A program made the position numbers and the translations under genes. 64,000 nt of DNA, taken from assembly GCA_963719315.1 (NCBI GenBank), contig CAVRBU010000002.1, positions 608,001-672,000 of the forward strand, written 5' to 3'. Source of the stretch: an uncultured Planctomycetota bacterium. GTDB taxonomy: Bacteria; Planctomycetota; Planctomycetia; Pirellulales; Lacipirellulaceae. The first letter of the stretch is position 1, and every line of letters begins with the position of its first letter. The notes under the pieces are model-generated. The model made no database searches, had not been told where the DNA came from, and saw only the letters and a list, made by a program, of their open reading frames with translations. Of this stretch, positions 63,083 through 64,000 are shown in pieces.

Positions 63083-63676
63083 ATGCCCCCAAAAGCCGAC
63101 AGCCCTGTCCCAGCTCCGCCATCCGGCTCGGCCGCTTCTGGCAAGCTCGTAATCATCGGCATCCTTGCCGTGGCCCTTGCCGCTGCCGGGATCAGTTGGT
63201 GGTTTCGATTTCACACAACGCACCGCGCGGCTGAATTCTGGGGACCCGAAGCCGCCCAACTCATCCGCGATGCGCCCACGGTCATGTTATCTACGTTTTC
63301 AACACCGGTCACCACGCAATCAACCAAAATTGTAAGCCCGGTACGCGGCGACTATGGGGCTGAACCACAGGTGAGGCACAATGTGACTTCGGCCAAAGGC
63401 CTCGTCCATTTACGGAATGCGCTTTTGGAGGACCAAAGCTTCAACTGGCCATCGCAGCCAACGTCGCCATTCATGCAATGGGAGCAGGCACTAATCTTTT
63501 CCGACAGCAACATGGGCCGAAGTGTGTACGTGCTGTTCTCGCCGGAGCTGAAACTGGTGGCGTCCGTTGAAACGAATCGCACGCTCTCCTATGAAACAAT
63601 TTCTGAGGGCGTCGCCGAAATGTTCGCGGAATTTGAGTCTTTGCCCGCCGATAATCCCGCAGCGCCCGCCCGATAG
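63083..63676 (+). CDS. Hypothetical membrane-anchored protein
   Basis: N-terminal TM (GKLVIIGILAVALAAAGISWWF) followed by a soluble domain. Confidence 0.7.
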   Translation: MPPKADSPVPAPPSGSAASGKLVIIGILAVALAAAGISWWFRFHTTHRAAEFWGPEAAQLIRDAPTVMLSTFSTPVTTQSTKIVSPVRGDYGAEPQVRHNVTSAKGLVHLRNALLEDQSFNWPSQPTSPFMQWEQALIFSDSNMGRSVYVLFSPELKLVASVETNRTLSYETISEGVAEMFAEFESLPADNPAAPAR

Positions 63677-63776
63677 CATCGCCAGCACTCCTCCCAACTC
63701 GCGCTAGGCGCAGCAGCAGCGTCTCCTATAATCCGCCGCTACCCCGACACCTGACACCCGACACCCGACACCTTCC

Positions 63777-64000
63777 ATGCGCAGCATCGCCATCATCAAC
63801 CAAAAGGGCGGCGTCGGCAAAACCACCACCGCCGTAAACCTCAGCGCCGCGCTCGCTCGCTCCGGCCAGCGTGTCGGGCTGATTGACATCGATCCGCAAG
63901 CACACGCGTCGCTCCACCTCGGCCTCGATCCGCAAGCCCGCGTGCCGACGGTGTACGACCTGCTCACCGAGGAAACGCGGATCGCCGATCTCTGGCAGCG
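63777..64000 (+). CDS. parA: ParA/Soj-family ATPase, 3' truncated by window edge
   Basis: [27 protein letters not shown]...[11 protein letters not shown]. Confidence 0.93.
   Translation, partial: MRSIAIINQKGGVGKTTTAVNLSAALARSGQRVGLIDIDPQAHASLHLGLDPQARVPTVYDLLTEETRIADLWQ

Overview
GC-rich planctomycete DNA, most consistent with Pirellulales/Lacipirellulaceae (inferred from DUF1559 prepilin, LE-R-LLA extracellular motif and dockerin-like GDYNxxGxVDAADY + VPEP C-termini). In order it encodes: a thioester-type alpha-2-macroglobulin (5' end truncated), a NUDIX-like phosphoesterase, iscS/iscA, an orphan Flp pilin, queA, rsmH, secreted PEP-CTERM/lamin-tail proteins, a fused membrane/spermidine-synthase-like protein, a Tad/Cpa pilus operon preceded by a c-di-GMP-I riboswitch, an uncharacterised three-gene ATP-grasp / fold-I PLP enzyme / group-IV decarboxylase cluster, an EEP-nuclease surface protein, a TPM/LemA operon, tRNA-Ala(GGC), tRNA-Arg(ACG), a CehA/McbA hydrolase, an ECF sigma/anti-sigma pair, an M48 peptidase, a Ser/Thr kinase-Zn ribbon-TPR gene broken by an IS5 element that carries an inverted copy of itself, dprA, Uma2, aroB and parA (3' end truncated). 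At least eight unrelated genes carry 1-2 bp frameshifts, several in homopolymer or dinucleotide runs, so this is probably an imperfectly polished long-read assembly rather than mass pseudogenisation. Best novelty candidates: the ATP-grasp/PLP cluster, two unannotated structured RNA candidates (10565-10850 and 52154-52425), a 4-kb PEP-CTERM cassette between ~270-bp direct repeats, and the self-nested IS5. All family assignments come from motif recognition; no database searches were run.
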